Origin: an uncultured Alphaproteobacteria bacterium
GTDB lineage: Bacteria > Pseudomonadota > Alphaproteobacteria > Rhodobacterales > Rhodobacteraceae
Length of the DNA stretch: 64,000 nucleotides
Reading direction: 5' to 3'
NCBI GenBank assembly: GCA_902625475.1
Contig: CACOBR010000005.1
Coordinates: 9,738-73,737 of the forward strand
In this document: piece after piece, positions 32,985 through 43,319 of the stretch
Layout: the number at the start of each line of letters is the position of its first letter
Numbering within the stretch: the stretch's first letter is position 1
Translations under genes and position numbers: made by a program
The notes under the pieces: generated by a model
Databases searched by the model: none
Told to the model about the DNA's origin: nothing
Seen by the model: the letters and a program-made list of their open reading frames with translations, nothing else

Positions 32985-34277
32985 ATGATTGATATTGCAT
33001 CTAGAGTTTATAATCATAATTGGAAAATTGACCCGATAGTCAGATCTTTACTAGATATTGACTTTTATAAACTTTTGATGGCCCAATTTGTATTAAGAAA
33101 CTCACCAAATGTAACTGTTGAATTTTCAGTTATCAATAGATCAAATAAAATACCACTAACTAAATTAATTGATGAACAGGAATTAATAGAACAACTTGAT
33201 AACATAAAGAATTTATCCTTAACTAGGGGAGAAAGTACTTGGCTTAGGGGAAACTCCTTTTATGGAAAACACGCCATTTTTAGACCAGAATTTATTAACT
33301 GGTTAGAAAAATTAAAATTACCAGATTATCACCTAGAGAAAAAAGGAGATCAATTTGAAATCAAGTTTAAAGGTTTATGGCCAGAGGTCATGTTTTGGGA
33401 AGTACCAGTTTTATCTGTTATTACCGAGTTAAGATCTAGAGCTATATTGAAAAATATGGGTCGTTTTGATTTACAAATTTTATATGCTAGAGCAATGACG
33501 AAATTATGGGAAAAAATTGAAAAATTTAAAGCTTATAATGATATCAGAATTGCAGACTTTGGAACAAGAAGAAGACATAGTTTTTTATGGCAGGATTGGT
33601 GCATTCACGCAATGATGGAAGGTTTAGATAAGAGATTTATAGGCACCTCTAATTGCTTAATTGCAATGAGAAGAGATTTAGAAGCTATTGGAACAAATGC
33701 TCATGAGCTTCCTATGATTTATTCAGCTCTTTCAAAAGAAGAAAAAGACTTAAAAAATGCTCAATATGACGTTTTAGAAAAATGGCACAAAGAGCATGAT
33801 GGTAATTTAAGAGTAATTTTACCTGATACTTATGGATTAGAAAATTTTTTTAAAAACTCCCCAAAATGGTTAGCCTCATGGACGGGGATAAGGATAGATT
33901 CTGGAGATCTAGAAAAAAATGCAGAACTTGCAATTAATTGGTGGAAAAAAGAGGGGGAAGATATAAAAAAGAAACTTTTAATATTTTCAGATGGGTTAGA
34001 TACTGAAAAAATTATTTACTTGCACAAAAGATTTTCTAATGAGATCCAGGTAGGATTTGGTTGGGGAACTCTTTTAACTAATGATTTTAGGGGATTGTCA
34101 AATAACTCTACATTGGATCCATTCTCTATTGTTTGCAAAGCAACATCTGCAAATGGAAAACCAACAGTAAAATTGTCAGACAATAAATACAAAACAATGG
34201 GACCTCCTAAAGAAATTCAAAAATATAGAGAAATCTTTGAATTAAAAAAACAAAATGAAAACCATTTATTAGTATAA
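32985..34277 (+). CDS. pncB: Nicotinate phosphoribosyltransferase
   Basis: 430 aa. It has the PncB-type N-terminus (LLDIDFYKLLMAQ), FGTRRRHS and GTNAHELPM motifs. Confidence 0.9.
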   Translation: MIDIASRVYNHNWKIDPIVRSLLDIDFYKLLMAQFVLRNSPNVTVEFSVINRSNKIPLTKLIDEQELIEQLDNIKNLSLTRGESTWLRGNSFYGKHAIFRPEFINWLEKLKLPDYHLEKKGDQFEIKFKGLWPEVMFWEVPVLSVITELRSRAILKNMGRFDLQILYARAMTKLWEKIEKFKAYNDIRIADFGTRRRHSFLWQDWCIHAMMEGLDKRFIGTSNCLIAMRRDLEAIGTNAHELPMIYSALSKEEKDLKNAQYDVLEKWHKEHDGNLRVILPDTYGLENFFKNSPKWLASWTGIRIDSGDLEKNAELAINWWKKEGEDIKKKLLIFSDGLDTEKIIYLHKRFSNEIQVGFGWGTLLTNDFRGLSNNSTLDPFSIVCKATSANGKPTVKLSDNKYKTMGPPKEIQKYREIFELKKQNENHLLV

Positions 34278-34289
34278 AAAATGAAACAT

Positions 34290-34931
34290 TTATTTATTTT
34301 CTTTAAATAAGAGGACCAAACTAATTCGGTCATTTTCATTTTTTGAAAAACAAAAACTTTTTTCAGAGTAAGAAAATTTGTTTACAATACTATAATTACC
34401 TAAATCACAAAACATTTTGTAGTAATTTTCTTTATAACTCTTTAATCCTTTGAAATGAGAATATTCATTTTCGTAAGAGTTATGAGGATCAAAATCAATT
34501 ATAGACAAAAACTTACCTGATTTTAAAATCTGATCTGCCTGTTTGATTACATCATTAATTTTATTTCTTGAGACAAGATATAAACAAAATCCAAAATGAA
34601 CTAAATCAAATTTATTATTAAAAAAAGATAAATCATCTGCAGTAGCGACGGTATAACTACATTTTTGGTTATATTTTTTGTTTGCAAAATCTACAGCAGT
34701 TTTACTAGGATCTACTCCTTGACCTAAAGCATTAAGCTGCCAGCATAATTGAGCCAATTTATTTCCAGCACCAGACCCTATTTCTAAAATATTATTTATG
34801 TCATTTTGAAATGGCATCAACCAATTACAGAGTAATGATATCTCTATAGAATTCTCTTCTAATTTTTTTAAATTTCGTAAAAACCATTTGTTACCTTCAC
34901 TTTTTCTAAAAGCAAGTTCTTGATTTTTCAT
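34290..34931 (-). CDS. Class I SAM-dependent methyltransferase
   Basis: 213 aa. It has motif I ILEIGSGAGNKL and the post-I acidic residue in GVDPS. The substrate is unknown. Confidence 0.75.
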   Translation of the reverse strand: MKNQELAFRKSEGNKWFLRNLKKLEENSIEISLLCNWLMPFQNDINNILEIGSGAGNKLAQLCWQLNALGQGVDPSKTAVDFANKKYNQKCSYTVATADDLSFFNNKFDLVHFGFCLYLVSRNKINDVIKQADQILKSGKFLSIIDFDPHNSYENEYSHFKGLKSYKENYYKMFCDLGNYSIVNKFSYSEKSFCFSKNENDRISLVLLFKENK

Positions 34932-34966
34932 ATTATAAATTATGTTGGATTTAATTTGTGATATTT

Positions 34967-35464
34967 TTAACGCTTTGAAAATTGGAAACTTCTTCTTGCT
35001 TTAGGTTTGCCATATTTCTTTCTTTCTACCACTCTACTATCTCTTGTGATAAAACCTGCATTTTTTAATAATGGTCGTAAAGTGGGCTCAAATAAACTAA
35101 GAGCCTTGGAAATTCCGTGCTTTAATGCACCTGCTTGACCCGATAAACCTCCGCCCTTAACGGTCGCTTTAATATCAAATTCTCCCTCTACTTTCGCAAC
35201 AGAAAAAGGTTGGTTTACAAGCATTTGTAAAACTGGTCTTGCAAAATACTTCCCCATATCTTTTCCATTAACTAATATAACACCAGCACCTTTTTTTATC
35301 CAAACTCGTGCTACAGCATCTTTTCTTTTGCCAGTAGCATATGATCGTCCCAGATCATCTTTTAATGAAACACTCTCTTTAACCTCTGAAGTTTCTATAT
35401 CTGCAACAGCATCTTTTTCTTTAAGTTCTTTTAAGTCCTCTAGAGATTTTTTTTCTTCTTTCAT
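34967..35464 (-). CDS. rpsI: 30S ribosomal protein S9
   Basis: 165 aa. It has the S9 core ([13 protein letters not shown]...[10 protein letters not shown]...[22 protein letters not shown]) with an acidic N-terminal extension. Confidence 0.95.
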   Translation of the reverse strand: MKEEKKSLEDLKELKEKDAVADIETSEVKESVSLKDDLGRSYATGKRKDAVARVWIKKGAGVILVNGKDMGKYFARPVLQMLVNQPFSVAKVEGEFDIKATVKGGGLSGQAGALKHGISKALSLFEPTLRPLLKNAGFITRDSRVVERKKYGKPKARRSFQFSKR

Positions 35465-35467
35465 ATT

Positions 35468-35941
35468 TTAACTTCTCTTAACGTTTTTAAAATTCATTTC
35501 TTTTACATTGATTGGGGATGGATCTTGAGCTTCATGTGGATGAGAATTGCCATTATATACTCTAAGGTTTGTTAGTTGACGTTTTGCTAATGGTCCCTTT
35601 GGCAACATTCTTTTAACTGCCTTCATTAAAACTCTTTCGGGGAATTTTCCGTCAAGTATATCAGAAGCTTTTCTGGATTTTATGCCACCAGGATAACCTG
35701 TATGCCAATAATATGTTTTATCTTCTCTTTTTTTACCAGTTAATTCAACCTTTTCAGCATTAACTACTATAACATTATCACCCATATCCATGTGTGGTGT
35801 GTAGCTAGGTTTATGCTTGCCTCTCAAGTACTTAGCAATTAGAGAAGCTAATCTACCTAATACCAGACCATCGGCATCAATAACCAACCATTTTTTCTTT
35901 ATTTCAGATGGTTTTATACTAAATGTTTTGTTAATAGTCAT
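35468..35941 (-). CDS. rplM: 50S ribosomal protein L13
   Basis: The L13 core reads [40 protein letters not shown] place the start at the internal ATG (35941, MTINKTF...), which gives a typical L13 length. The ORF track extends it to 36013 with 24 extra residues that look non-homologous. Confidence 0.92.
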   Translation of the reverse strand: MTINKTFSIKPSEIKKKWLVIDADGLVLGRLASLIAKYLRGKHKPSYTPHMDMGDNVIVVNAEKVELTGKKREDKTYYWHTGYPGGIKSRKASDILDGKFPERVLMKAVKRMLPKGPLAKRQLTNLRVYNGNSHPHEAQDPSPINVKEMNFKNVKRS

Positions 35942-36052
35942 AATTTGTTGATACTCATTGTAGGTAGATTTTATTTTCTTACTACCTTTTAAGAAATTTT
36001 TTAAATTCGTCAATAATAATCGTCAGTATTTAAAAAATAATTTTTATTTAAG

Positions 36053-36469
36053 CTAATTATTTGAAATTGAATAAGTAAAAAGTGCATGAGCAAAAATAAC
36101 TTTTTTATCCTCTGATAAAATTTCAACATCTCCTACAACTATTCTTTTGCCCAATTTTTTTATTTTTGAAATACCAATTAAATTTGATAGTAATGGTTTA
36201 TTTAAAAAATTAATGGAAACATTTATTTCAACGGATTTCTCACTTAATTTAATAGATCCCATAACAGCTACATAAAAAGATATATCTGCTAGTTTGAACA
36301 TAGAAGGACCAGAAATTGTATTTCCAGGTCTTAAATTATTTTTATTTGATAAAAGTTTTACTTCACTGTAACAATTTTTGATATCTAAAATTTGATATGT
36401 TTCAGAAAACTGGGGGAAAATCTCCTTCAGTTTTTTACTAATCTCTTTAATTGATATTTCTTTATTCAT
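36053..36469 (-). CDS. Hotdog-fold thioesterase (PaaI/4HBT-like)
   Basis: 138 aa. The pattern RPGNTISGPSMFKLADISFYVAV followed by a C-terminal beta-sheet region (KKLGKRIVVGDVEI) fits the PaaI-type thioesterase fold. Certainty is moderate. Confidence 0.6.
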   Translation of the reverse strand: MNKEISIKEISKKLKEIFPQFSETYQILDIKNCYSEVKLLSNKNNLRPGNTISGPSMFKLADISFYVAVMGSIKLSEKSVEINVSINFLNKPLLSNLIGISKIKKLGKRIVVGDVEILSEDKKVIFAHALFTYSISNN

Positions 36470-36523
36470 TTCTTATTATAAACTTATCATTAAAAAGAGA
36501 ATTAATATAATCTGGAGATATCT

Positions 36524-37312
36524 ATGAGTGACATTCTTTTACATGAAGTCAAGGATAAAACTGAAATTATTACATTTAATAATCCTGAAAAGTTAAATGT
36601 TTTATCTGACCGAATGCTTGAGTTATTAACAAAAGCATTAGAAAAAGCATCTAGAAACTCAGAAACAAAAGTAGTAATCATAAAATCTACCGGAAAAGCT
36701 TTCTGTGCTGGTCATGATTTAAAGGAAATGCAAAAAGCAAGAAATTCTTCAGATAATGGATTAAGTTATTTTAAGGACCTTTTTCATAGATGTTCTAAGG
36801 TTATGCTTGCTATAAATAAACTTCCTAAACCAGTGATAGCTGAGGTGCAAGGGATTGCAACTGCTGCTGGTTGCCAACTGGTTGCTACATGTGACATTGC
36901 TGTAGCGTCCAAAAATGCAAGTTTTGGAGTAAATGGTGTAAATATTGGACTTTTTTGCTCAACACCTATGGTTGCATTATCCAGGAATATTAGCAGAAAG
37001 AAAACTTTTGAAATGCTTGTAACTGGAGATTTTCTTGATGCATATCAAGCTTATGAAGCAGGATTAATTAATCATGTTACTATAGAAAATGAATTAGAAG
37101 ATAAGTCAAAAGAAATTGCTTCTAAAATTACAGAAAAGTTTAAAAGAGTAGTTAAAATTGGGAAAGAAGCTTTTTATAAACAGGCTGAAATGAGCGTTGA
37201 ACAAGCCTATGAGTATACCGCTAATGTCATGGCAGAAAACATGATTTATGAGGAAACAGATGAGGGCATTTCTGCTTTCATTGAAAAAAGAACACCAGAG
37301 TGGATTGAATGA
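36524..37312 (+). CDS. Enoyl-CoA hydratase/isomerase (crotonase) family protein
   Basis: 262 aa. It has crotonase motifs (KAFCAGHDLKEM, the oxyanion-hole region, and AEVQGIATAAGCQLV). Confidence 0.88.
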   Translation: MSDILLHEVKDKTEIITFNNPEKLNVLSDRMLELLTKALEKASRNSETKVVIIKSTGKAFCAGHDLKEMQKARNSSDNGLSYFKDLFHRCSKVMLAINKLPKPVIAEVQGIATAAGCQLVATCDIAVASKNASFGVNGVNIGLFCSTPMVALSRNISRKKTFEMLVTGDFLDAYQAYEAGLINHVTIENELEDKSKEIASKITEKFKRVVKIGKEAFYKQAEMSVEQAYEYTANVMAENMIYEETDEGISAFIEKRTPEWIE

Positions 37313-37332
37313 TTATAAGCAAAATAATTAAA

Positions 37333-38487
37333 TTAAATTCTTACCAAAAATAAATTAAATCTTAAATTTAGTGTTCCTAATAAAAGCAATACTGCAAATA
37401 GCTGATGTAAAACTCCTAAATAAATCGGAACAGCATTAACAACTGCAAGAATTCCTATCACAACTTGAAAAATAATTAGCAATATTAACAAATTATAATT
37501 TTGTCTAATTTTTTTATTAGGTGTTTTTTTCAGTCTATCTAATATCCAAATCAATATGCCAAATACAAATAAAAAATAACCCATCATTCTATGGTTAAAT
37601 TGAACTGTTGCAGGATTTTCAAAAAAATTTAAAAATTTAGGATCCAGATAAAAAATATCCTCAGGAAGGAAATTATTATCCATTAAAGGCCACTCATTAT
37701 AACTTTTACCAGCATCAATACCAGAAACTAATGCGCCCAAAGTTATTTGAAGAAAAATACTAAAAAAAAATATTGTAATTAAAAGTTCTTCTTTAGAAAA
37801 ATTCTTTAAAATAGTTGAGAAACTAATATTCTCAGTCCAATTATTATTAACCTTAATTAATAAAAATATTAATGAAGTAATTATCAAAGCTAAGTTAAGA
37901 TGAATTGCTAATCTGTAAGAAGCAACATCAAGTAAACCTGCTTCCTTATCAAGACCGGACTTGACCATCCACCATCCTATTACAGCTTGTAATAATCCTA
38001 GACAGCCTAAAGTAAGAAACGATATTTTTAATAACTTTGGTAATTTTGAAAAAGCTAATAGATAAATGAAGCCAAAAAACCAAAATAATCCAATTAGACG
38101 GCCAAATTGTCTATGTCCCCATTCCCACCAATAAATGACTTTGAATTCCGTCAAGTCCATATTAAAATTTTGAATTTTAAACTCGTTTGTCAATTTATAC
38201 TGATCAAATGCTAAAATCCATTCTGAGTTTGATAATGGTGGAATAGCACCAATTATGGGTTCCCAATTAGTTATTGAAAGCCCAGAATCAGTTAATCTGG
38301 TCAGACCGCCTATTAAAATCATGAGTAATAACAAAAAAAGAAGGCCTAACAACCAAAATTGAACGAGTTTCACATTATGTTCAGGTTTATGTATTTTAGT
38401 AATAGTTTTATTCATATTATTATTATATACATGTTTTTTTATAATTTTATTGCGTCCTACAGACGCATAAAATTTTGGATTAAGCAA
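37333..38487 (-). CDS. ctaA: Heme A synthase (COX15/CtaA)
   Basis: 384 aa, polytopic, with conserved His residues (WGHRQ, AIHLNLA, FNHRMMGY). The track start is a TTG at 38487; the ATG at 38415 (MNKTITK...) is an alternative. Confidence 0.85.
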   Translation of the reverse strand: MLNPKFYASVGRNKIIKKHVYNNNMNKTITKIHKPEHNVKLVQFWLLGLLFLLLLMILIGGLTRLTDSGLSITNWEPIIGAIPPLSNSEWILAFDQYKLTNEFKIQNFNMDLTEFKVIYWWEWGHRQFGRLIGLFWFFGFIYLLAFSKLPKLLKISFLTLGCLGLLQAVIGWWMVKSGLDKEAGLLDVASYRLAIHLNLALIITSLIFLLIKVNNNWTENISFSTILKNFSKEELLITIFFFSIFLQITLGALVSGIDAGKSYNEWPLMDNNFLPEDIFYLDPKFLNFFENPATVQFNHRMMGYFLFVFGILIWILDRLKKTPNKKIRQNYNLLILLIIFQVVIGILAVVNAVPIYLGVLHQLFAVLLLLGTLNLRFNLFLVRI

Positions 38488-38499
38488 CTTGAGACATTT

Positions 38500-39234
38500 T
38501 TATCTATCTTTATCTAAGGCCTTTATTATACCGAATAAGGTTTTTAAGTTTGGTTTTGTAAGCTCTAAACCATGAAAAAGATTATCAATATTAAGATTCA
38601 AACTATCAACCTTATCATCAGGCCAAAAATAACCTTTTTTTTGTAGTTGAGATTTCAATTTTAAAACAAATTTTTCAATATGAAACTTTTTTACATATTT
38701 AAATTTATTAATTTCTTCTGTTTTTTCTGCACCATTATTTTTAGAATTCTTGAACCATTCATATGAAATTATTCCAACAGCATGAGATAAATTTAAGGAT
38801 TTAAATTTTTCACTCACTGGTATTGAAATTATTGCATTAGAACAAGATATCTCTTTTTTATTTAATCCTGCTCTTTCCGAACCGAATAATATTCCAACTG
38901 AATTTCCCTCTTTTATGAGCTTTTTTGCATATTTAACACCTTCTTCGGGATTAAAAATTTCTTTAGAGTATTTTCTAGAACGAATCGTGGTAGAAAATAC
39001 AAAATTCAAATCATGAATAGAATCATTCAAATTTGAGTATATGATAGCATTGTCAATTAAACTCCCACCACCTGATGATACAGTAGCTGCTTTTTTATTT
39101 GGCCAACCATCTCTTGGTGAAATTAAACGCAAATTTTGTAAGCCAAAATTATACATTATTCTAGCAGTAGCACCTATATTCTCTCCTAATTGAGGTCTTG
39201 ATAGAATAATATGTGGTTTTGACATTATATCCAA
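38500..39234 (-). CDS. trmJ: SpoU/TrmH-family RNA 2'-O-methyltransferase, TrmJ-like (group 1)
   Basis: 244 aa. It has SPOUT motifs (LSRPQLGENIGATARIMYNFG, ILFGSERAGL, IPVSEKFKSLNLSHAVGI). Confidence 0.82.
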   Translation of the reverse strand: MDIMSKPHIILSRPQLGENIGATARIMYNFGLQNLRLISPRDGWPNKKAATVSSGGGSLIDNAIIYSNLNDSIHDLNFVFSTTIRSRKYSKEIFNPEEGVKYAKKLIKEGNSVGILFGSERAGLNKKEISCSNAIISIPVSEKFKSLNLSHAVGIISYEWFKNSKNNGAEKTEEINKFKYVKKFHIEKFVLKLKSQLQKKGYFWPDDKVDSLNLNIDNLFHGLELTKPNLKTLFGIIKALDKDR

Positions 39235-39246
39235 AAAAAAACTTGT

Positions 39247-39266
39247 ATCATGTTTATAAACATGAT
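39247..39266. promoter_or_regulatory. Perfect 20-bp palindrome ATCATGTTTATAAACATGAT (candidate operator) in the divergent trmJ/icd spacer
   Basis: Read directly: the 10-bp arms are exact reverse complements with no spacer. It lies 13 nt from the trmJ-like start and about 100 nt upstream of icd. Confidence 0.3.
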
Positions 39267-39315
39267 GTTAGATAATACAATTCAAAACTTATTAAATTTT
39301 TAGTTTACTCTCAAT

Positions 39316-39341
39316 ATTATATTAATTCATTATATTAATTC
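39316..39341. repeat. Tandem direct repeat, 2 x ATTATATTAATTC (13 bp)
   Basis: Read directly: copies at 39316-39328 and 39329-39341, ending 22 nt upstream of the icd ATG. Confidence 0.6.
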
Positions 39342-39363
39342 GTCAAAATTTGGATAATTAAAA

Positions 39364-40575
39364 ATGCAAAACAAAATAAAGATTGAAAACCCAATTATTG
39401 AATTAGATGGGGATGAGATGACCAGGATTATCTGGAAAATTATTAAAGACAAGTTAATACTACCTTTCTTAGACATAGATTTACATTATTATGACTTAGG
39501 CATTGAAGAGAGAGATAGCACCAATGATGAGGTTACTATCAAAGCTGCTAATGCTATAAAAAAGTATGGAGTAGGAGTTAAATGTGCCACAATTACTCCT
39601 GATGAAGCAAGAGTTGAAGAATTTAATTTAAAGAAAATGTGGAAATCTCCTAATGGTACAATAAGAAACATATTAGGAGGTGTAGTTTTTAGAGGTCCAA
39701 TCATTTGCAAAAACGTACCACGTTTAGTGCCTGGATGGACATCTCCCATAATTATTGGCAGACATGCATACGGAGACCAATATAAAGCAACTGATTTCAC
39801 TTTTCCAGGGAAAGGAAAACTTTCAATTAAGTTCGAAGGTAAAGATGGTAATATTATTGAAAAAGAAGTTTTTAATGCACCATCTAGTGGCATAGCTCTT
39901 GGCATGTATAATCTTGATAGTTCCATTATTGACTTTGCTAGGGCTTCTTTTAATTATGGATTAAAGCTGGGATGGCCGGTTTATTTATCTACAAAAAATA
40001 CTATTCTTAAAGCTTATGATGGTAGATTTAAGGATTTATTCCAAAAAGTTTTTGACGAAGAATTTAAAGAAAAATTTGAAACAAAAAAAATTGTATACGA
40101 ACATAGATTAATTGATGATATGGTAGCTTCAGCTTTAAAGTGGTCAGGATCATTTGTATGGGCTTGTAAGAACTACGATGGAGATGTTCAATCAGATACT
40201 GTTGCTCAAGGTTTTGGTTCATTAGGATTAATGACAAGTCAATTAATGACTCCAGATGGAAAAATTCTTGAAGCAGAGGCAGCTCATGGAACAGTAACAA
40301 GACATTATAGGGAACATCAAAAAGGAAAGGAAACGTCCACTAATTCAATAGCATCAATTTATGCTTGGACAGGTGGACTAAAACATAGAGCTAAATTAGA
40401 TAATAATAAGTTACTTGAAGATTTTGCTCTTAAACTTGAAAAAGTTGTAATTAAAACTGTTGAAAATGGGTCAATGACAAAAGATTTAGCTATATTGGTT
40501 GGAAAAGAACAAAATTGGCTCAATACATATCAATTTATTGAACAGGTGGAAAAAAATTTAATCATGGAATGCTAG
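39364..40575 (+). CDS. icd: NADP-dependent isocitrate dehydrogenase (homodimeric, eukaryote-like subtype)
   Basis: 403 aa. Motifs seen: [33 protein letters not shown], and DGDVQSD with metal ligands. Confidence 0.95.
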   Translation: MQNKIKIENPIIELDGDEMTRIIWKIIKDKLILPFLDIDLHYYDLGIEERDSTNDEVTIKAANAIKKYGVGVKCATITPDEARVEEFNLKKMWKSPNGTIRNILGGVVFRGPIICKNVPRLVPGWTSPIIIGRHAYGDQYKATDFTFPGKGKLSIKFEGKDGNIIEKEVFNAPSSGIALGMYNLDSSIIDFARASFNYGLKLGWPVYLSTKNTILKAYDGRFKDLFQKVFDEEFKEKFETKKIVYEHRLIDDMVASALKWSGSFVWACKNYDGDVQSDTVAQGFGSLGLMTSQLMTPDGKILEAEAAHGTVTRHYREHQKGKETSTNSIASIYAWTGGLKHRAKLDNNKLLEDFALKLEKVVIKTVENGSMTKDLAILVGKEQNWLNTYQFIEQVEKNLIMEC

Positions 40576-40588
40576 TTTTTCCTATGAT

Positions 40589-43252
40589 TTATTTTTCTTT
40601 AATATAAGATTCAATTTTAGATATTAATTTTTCTATATTTAATATTTCATTACCTCCCCCTTGTGCAAAGTCTGATCGGCCGCCTCCTTTTCCATTAGTT
40701 AATTGGTTTAAAATTTTTACAATATCTTGAGCTGAGTATTTAGCGGTTATGTTATCAGTTAATCCAACCGTATAGATAGTTTTTTTATCATGATTAGATA
40801 AATTTAAGATAATACCTTGATCAAACTTATGCTTGTATTCATCCGTCAAAGACCTCATCTCTTTTATTTGCAAATTGTCTAATTTGTTAACAACAAATGA
40901 TATACCATTTATGATCTTGATATTATTATCATGCCCCAAATCAGAGTTGGATGGTTTACTTTTCTTTAGTTGGTCTATTTTCTGAGTTAATGTTTTCTTT
41001 TCAGTTAATAAAGAGTTTAACCTTTCGTCTACTGCTTCAATTGGAATTTTTAAGATCGAAGTAATTTGATCTATATATAATCTATTTAATTGCAAATATT
41101 TTATAGAGTTCATCCCTGTGAGAGCTTCAATTCTACGAACACCTGAACTAGAAGCCATTTCCGATTTTATTATAAAAGATCCTATCATGCCAGTTCTATG
41201 TACATGAGTTCCTCCACAAAGCTCCATGGAGAACCTTTCTCTTAAAGAAGAAGAGTTTGCATCCCGAAAAGAATTAAAACCCATCAATACCACTCTTACT
41301 TCATTTTCGTATTTTTCACCAAAAAGTGCCTGAGCTCCTATTTTTTTTGCTTCTTCTAAATCCATTACCCTTGTATCCACTATTGTATCTTCTAGGATAT
41401 GTTTATTTACAATTTGTTCTACTTTTTGTAAATCATTCGTAGAAATTGGCTTATTACTTGAAAAATCAAATCTTAATCTTTTAGAATCATTCAAAGATCC
41501 TCTTTGATTTACTTGAACACCAACTATATCTTTTAATGCTTGATGCATTAAATGAGTTGCTGAATGATTGGCTGCTATTGATTTTCTTCTATTTGCATCA
41601 ACAACTAGTTCTACTAAATCACCATTGTAAATTTTCCCCTTACTGACAATTATTTTATGAACCATCAAACCTGATATTTTTCTTACTTTTTCAATTTTCG
41701 CTTCGAAATTTTCATTACTAATTCTACCAGTATCAGAAACTTGACCTCCACTTTCTGCATAAAAAGGTGATTGATTGAAAATCAACTCTGCAGATTTATC
41801 ATTTTCAATTTTATCTGCAACATTTCCATCTATAACAATTGCAAGTATTTTAGCTTGCAAATTTAAAGAATTGTAACCAAGAAATTCAGTAGGATCTAAG
41901 TTATTGGCTAAATCGATCCATACTTGTTCAATTATTTTTTCTCCGGAACCTATCCATGCATTTCTTGCTAGTAGTTTTTGTTTATCCATTGATAAATTAA
42001 AACTTTCGATATCAACTTCTATATCAATATCTCTGACCGCGTCTTGAGTCAGATCAATCGGGAAACCATACGTGTCATATAATTTAAAAGCCACATCACC
42101 AGATAATTTTTCTCCCTTATTTAACCTACTTATTTCCTTATCCAATAACTTTAAGCCTCTATCCAAAGTGGATTTAAATTTGATTTCTTCATTTAGTAAA
42201 CTCTCTTCAATTAATTGTTTTGCTTCAATCAATTCTGGAAATGCCGCTCCCATTTCTCGTGTTAAAGATGCAACCATTTTATAAAGCATAGGCTCTTTAA
42301 CTCCCAAAAAATGTATATGCCTCATAGCCCTTCTCATTATTCTTCTTAAAACATATCCTCTTCCATCATTAGTGGGAAAAATACCTTCAGCTATTAAAAA
42401 TGATATAGACCTAATATGATCAGCAATTACTCTATGATGAATATTATACTTTCCATTCACTTTTTGACTTGAGAGATTTGCAGATTCATCAATAAGTGCT
42501 TTCATTAAGTCAGTATTATAGTTATCGTGGGTATTTTGAAGAACTGCGCCCATTCTTTCTAATCCCATTCCAGTATCGATAGAGGGTCTAGGAAGATCTT
42601 CTCTTTTATCGTTATCTAACTGGTCATACTGCATAAAAACTAGATTCCAAATTTCAACAAATCGATCACCATCTTCATTTGGGGAACCAGGAGGACCTCC
42701 AGCAATACCAGAACCATGGTCAAAAAATATCTCTGAGCATGGTCCACAAGGACCAGTTGCTCCCATCGACCAAAAATTATCACTAGATTTAATTTTAATA
42801 ATTTGAGAATCAGAAAGACCAGCATATTTTTTCCAAATATCCATTGCATCATTATCTGTATGAAAAACAGTAACCAATAATCTATTTTTGGGTAAAGAAA
42901 ATTCTTTTGTAATTAAATCCCAAGCTAGGGGTATGGCTGTTTCTTTGAAATAATTTCCAAAGGAAAAATTTCCTAACATTTCAAAAAAAGTATGATGCCT
43001 GGATGTATATCCTACATTATCTAAGTCATTATGCTTTCCACCTGCTCTTAGACATTTTTGACTTGTTACAGCTTTATTATATGAACGACTTTCAAGCCCT
43101 GTAAAAACATTTTTAAATTGAACCATTCCAGAGTTAGTGAACATCAAAGTTGGGTCATTACTAGGAACAAGTGTAGAGCTTTTAACTTCCTCATGCCCGT
43201 GTCTTTTAAAATAATTGATAAAAGTAGATCTAATTTCAGCTAAGCCTGTCAT
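40589..43252 (-). CDS. alaS: Alanine--tRNA ligase
   Basis: 887 aa. The N-terminus reads IRSTFINYFKRHGHEEV, followed by FTNSGMVQFK. The editing domain has HSATHLMHQAL and CGGTHV, and a C-terminal DHHA1-like domain is present. Confidence 0.97.
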   Translation of the reverse strand: MTGLAEIRSTFINYFKRHGHEEVKSSTLVPSNDPTLMFTNSGMVQFKNVFTGLESRSYNKAVTSQKCLRAGGKHNDLDNVGYTSRHHTFFEMLGNFSFGNYFKETAIPLAWDLITKEFSLPKNRLLVTVFHTDNDAMDIWKKYAGLSDSQIIKIKSSDNFWSMGATGPCGPCSEIFFDHGSGIAGGPPGSPNEDGDRFVEIWNLVFMQYDQLDNDKREDLPRPSIDTGMGLERMGAVLQNTHDNYNTDLMKALIDESANLSSQKVNGKYNIHHRVIADHIRSISFLIAEGIFPTNDGRGYVLRRIMRRAMRHIHFLGVKEPMLYKMVASLTREMGAAFPELIEAKQLIEESLLNEEIKFKSTLDRGLKLLDKEISRLNKGEKLSGDVAFKLYDTYGFPIDLTQDAVRDIDIEVDIESFNLSMDKQKLLARNAWIGSGEKIIEQVWIDLANNLDPTEFLGYNSLNLQAKILAIVIDGNVADKIENDKSAELIFNQSPFYAESGGQVSDTGRISNENFEAKIEKVRKISGLMVHKIIVSKGKIYNGDLVELVVDANRRKSIAANHSATHLMHQALKDIVGVQVNQRGSLNDSKRLRFDFSSNKPISTNDLQKVEQIVNKHILEDTIVDTRVMDLEEAKKIGAQALFGEKYENEVRVVLMGFNSFRDANSSSLRERFSMELCGGTHVHRTGMIGSFIIKSEMASSSGVRRIEALTGMNSIKYLQLNRLYIDQITSILKIPIEAVDERLNSLLTEKKTLTQKIDQLKKSKPSNSDLGHDNNIKIINGISFVVNKLDNLQIKEMRSLTDEYKHKFDQGIILNLSNHDKKTIYTVGLTDNITAKYSAQDIVKILNQLTNGKGGGRSDFAQGGGNEILNIEKLISKIESYIKEK

Positions 43253-43319
43253 AAATTTTCATTTAAATAATAATTTTCACTAAATTTATATTACATGTAT
43301 TTAACATAAACTAAATCTC

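Noticed and set aside
35942-36013. A 24-residue N-terminal extension of L13 implied by the ORF-track start.
   Set aside because: The extension ([24 protein letters not shown]) does not resemble L13. The internal ATG gives the canonical L13 N-terminus and length.
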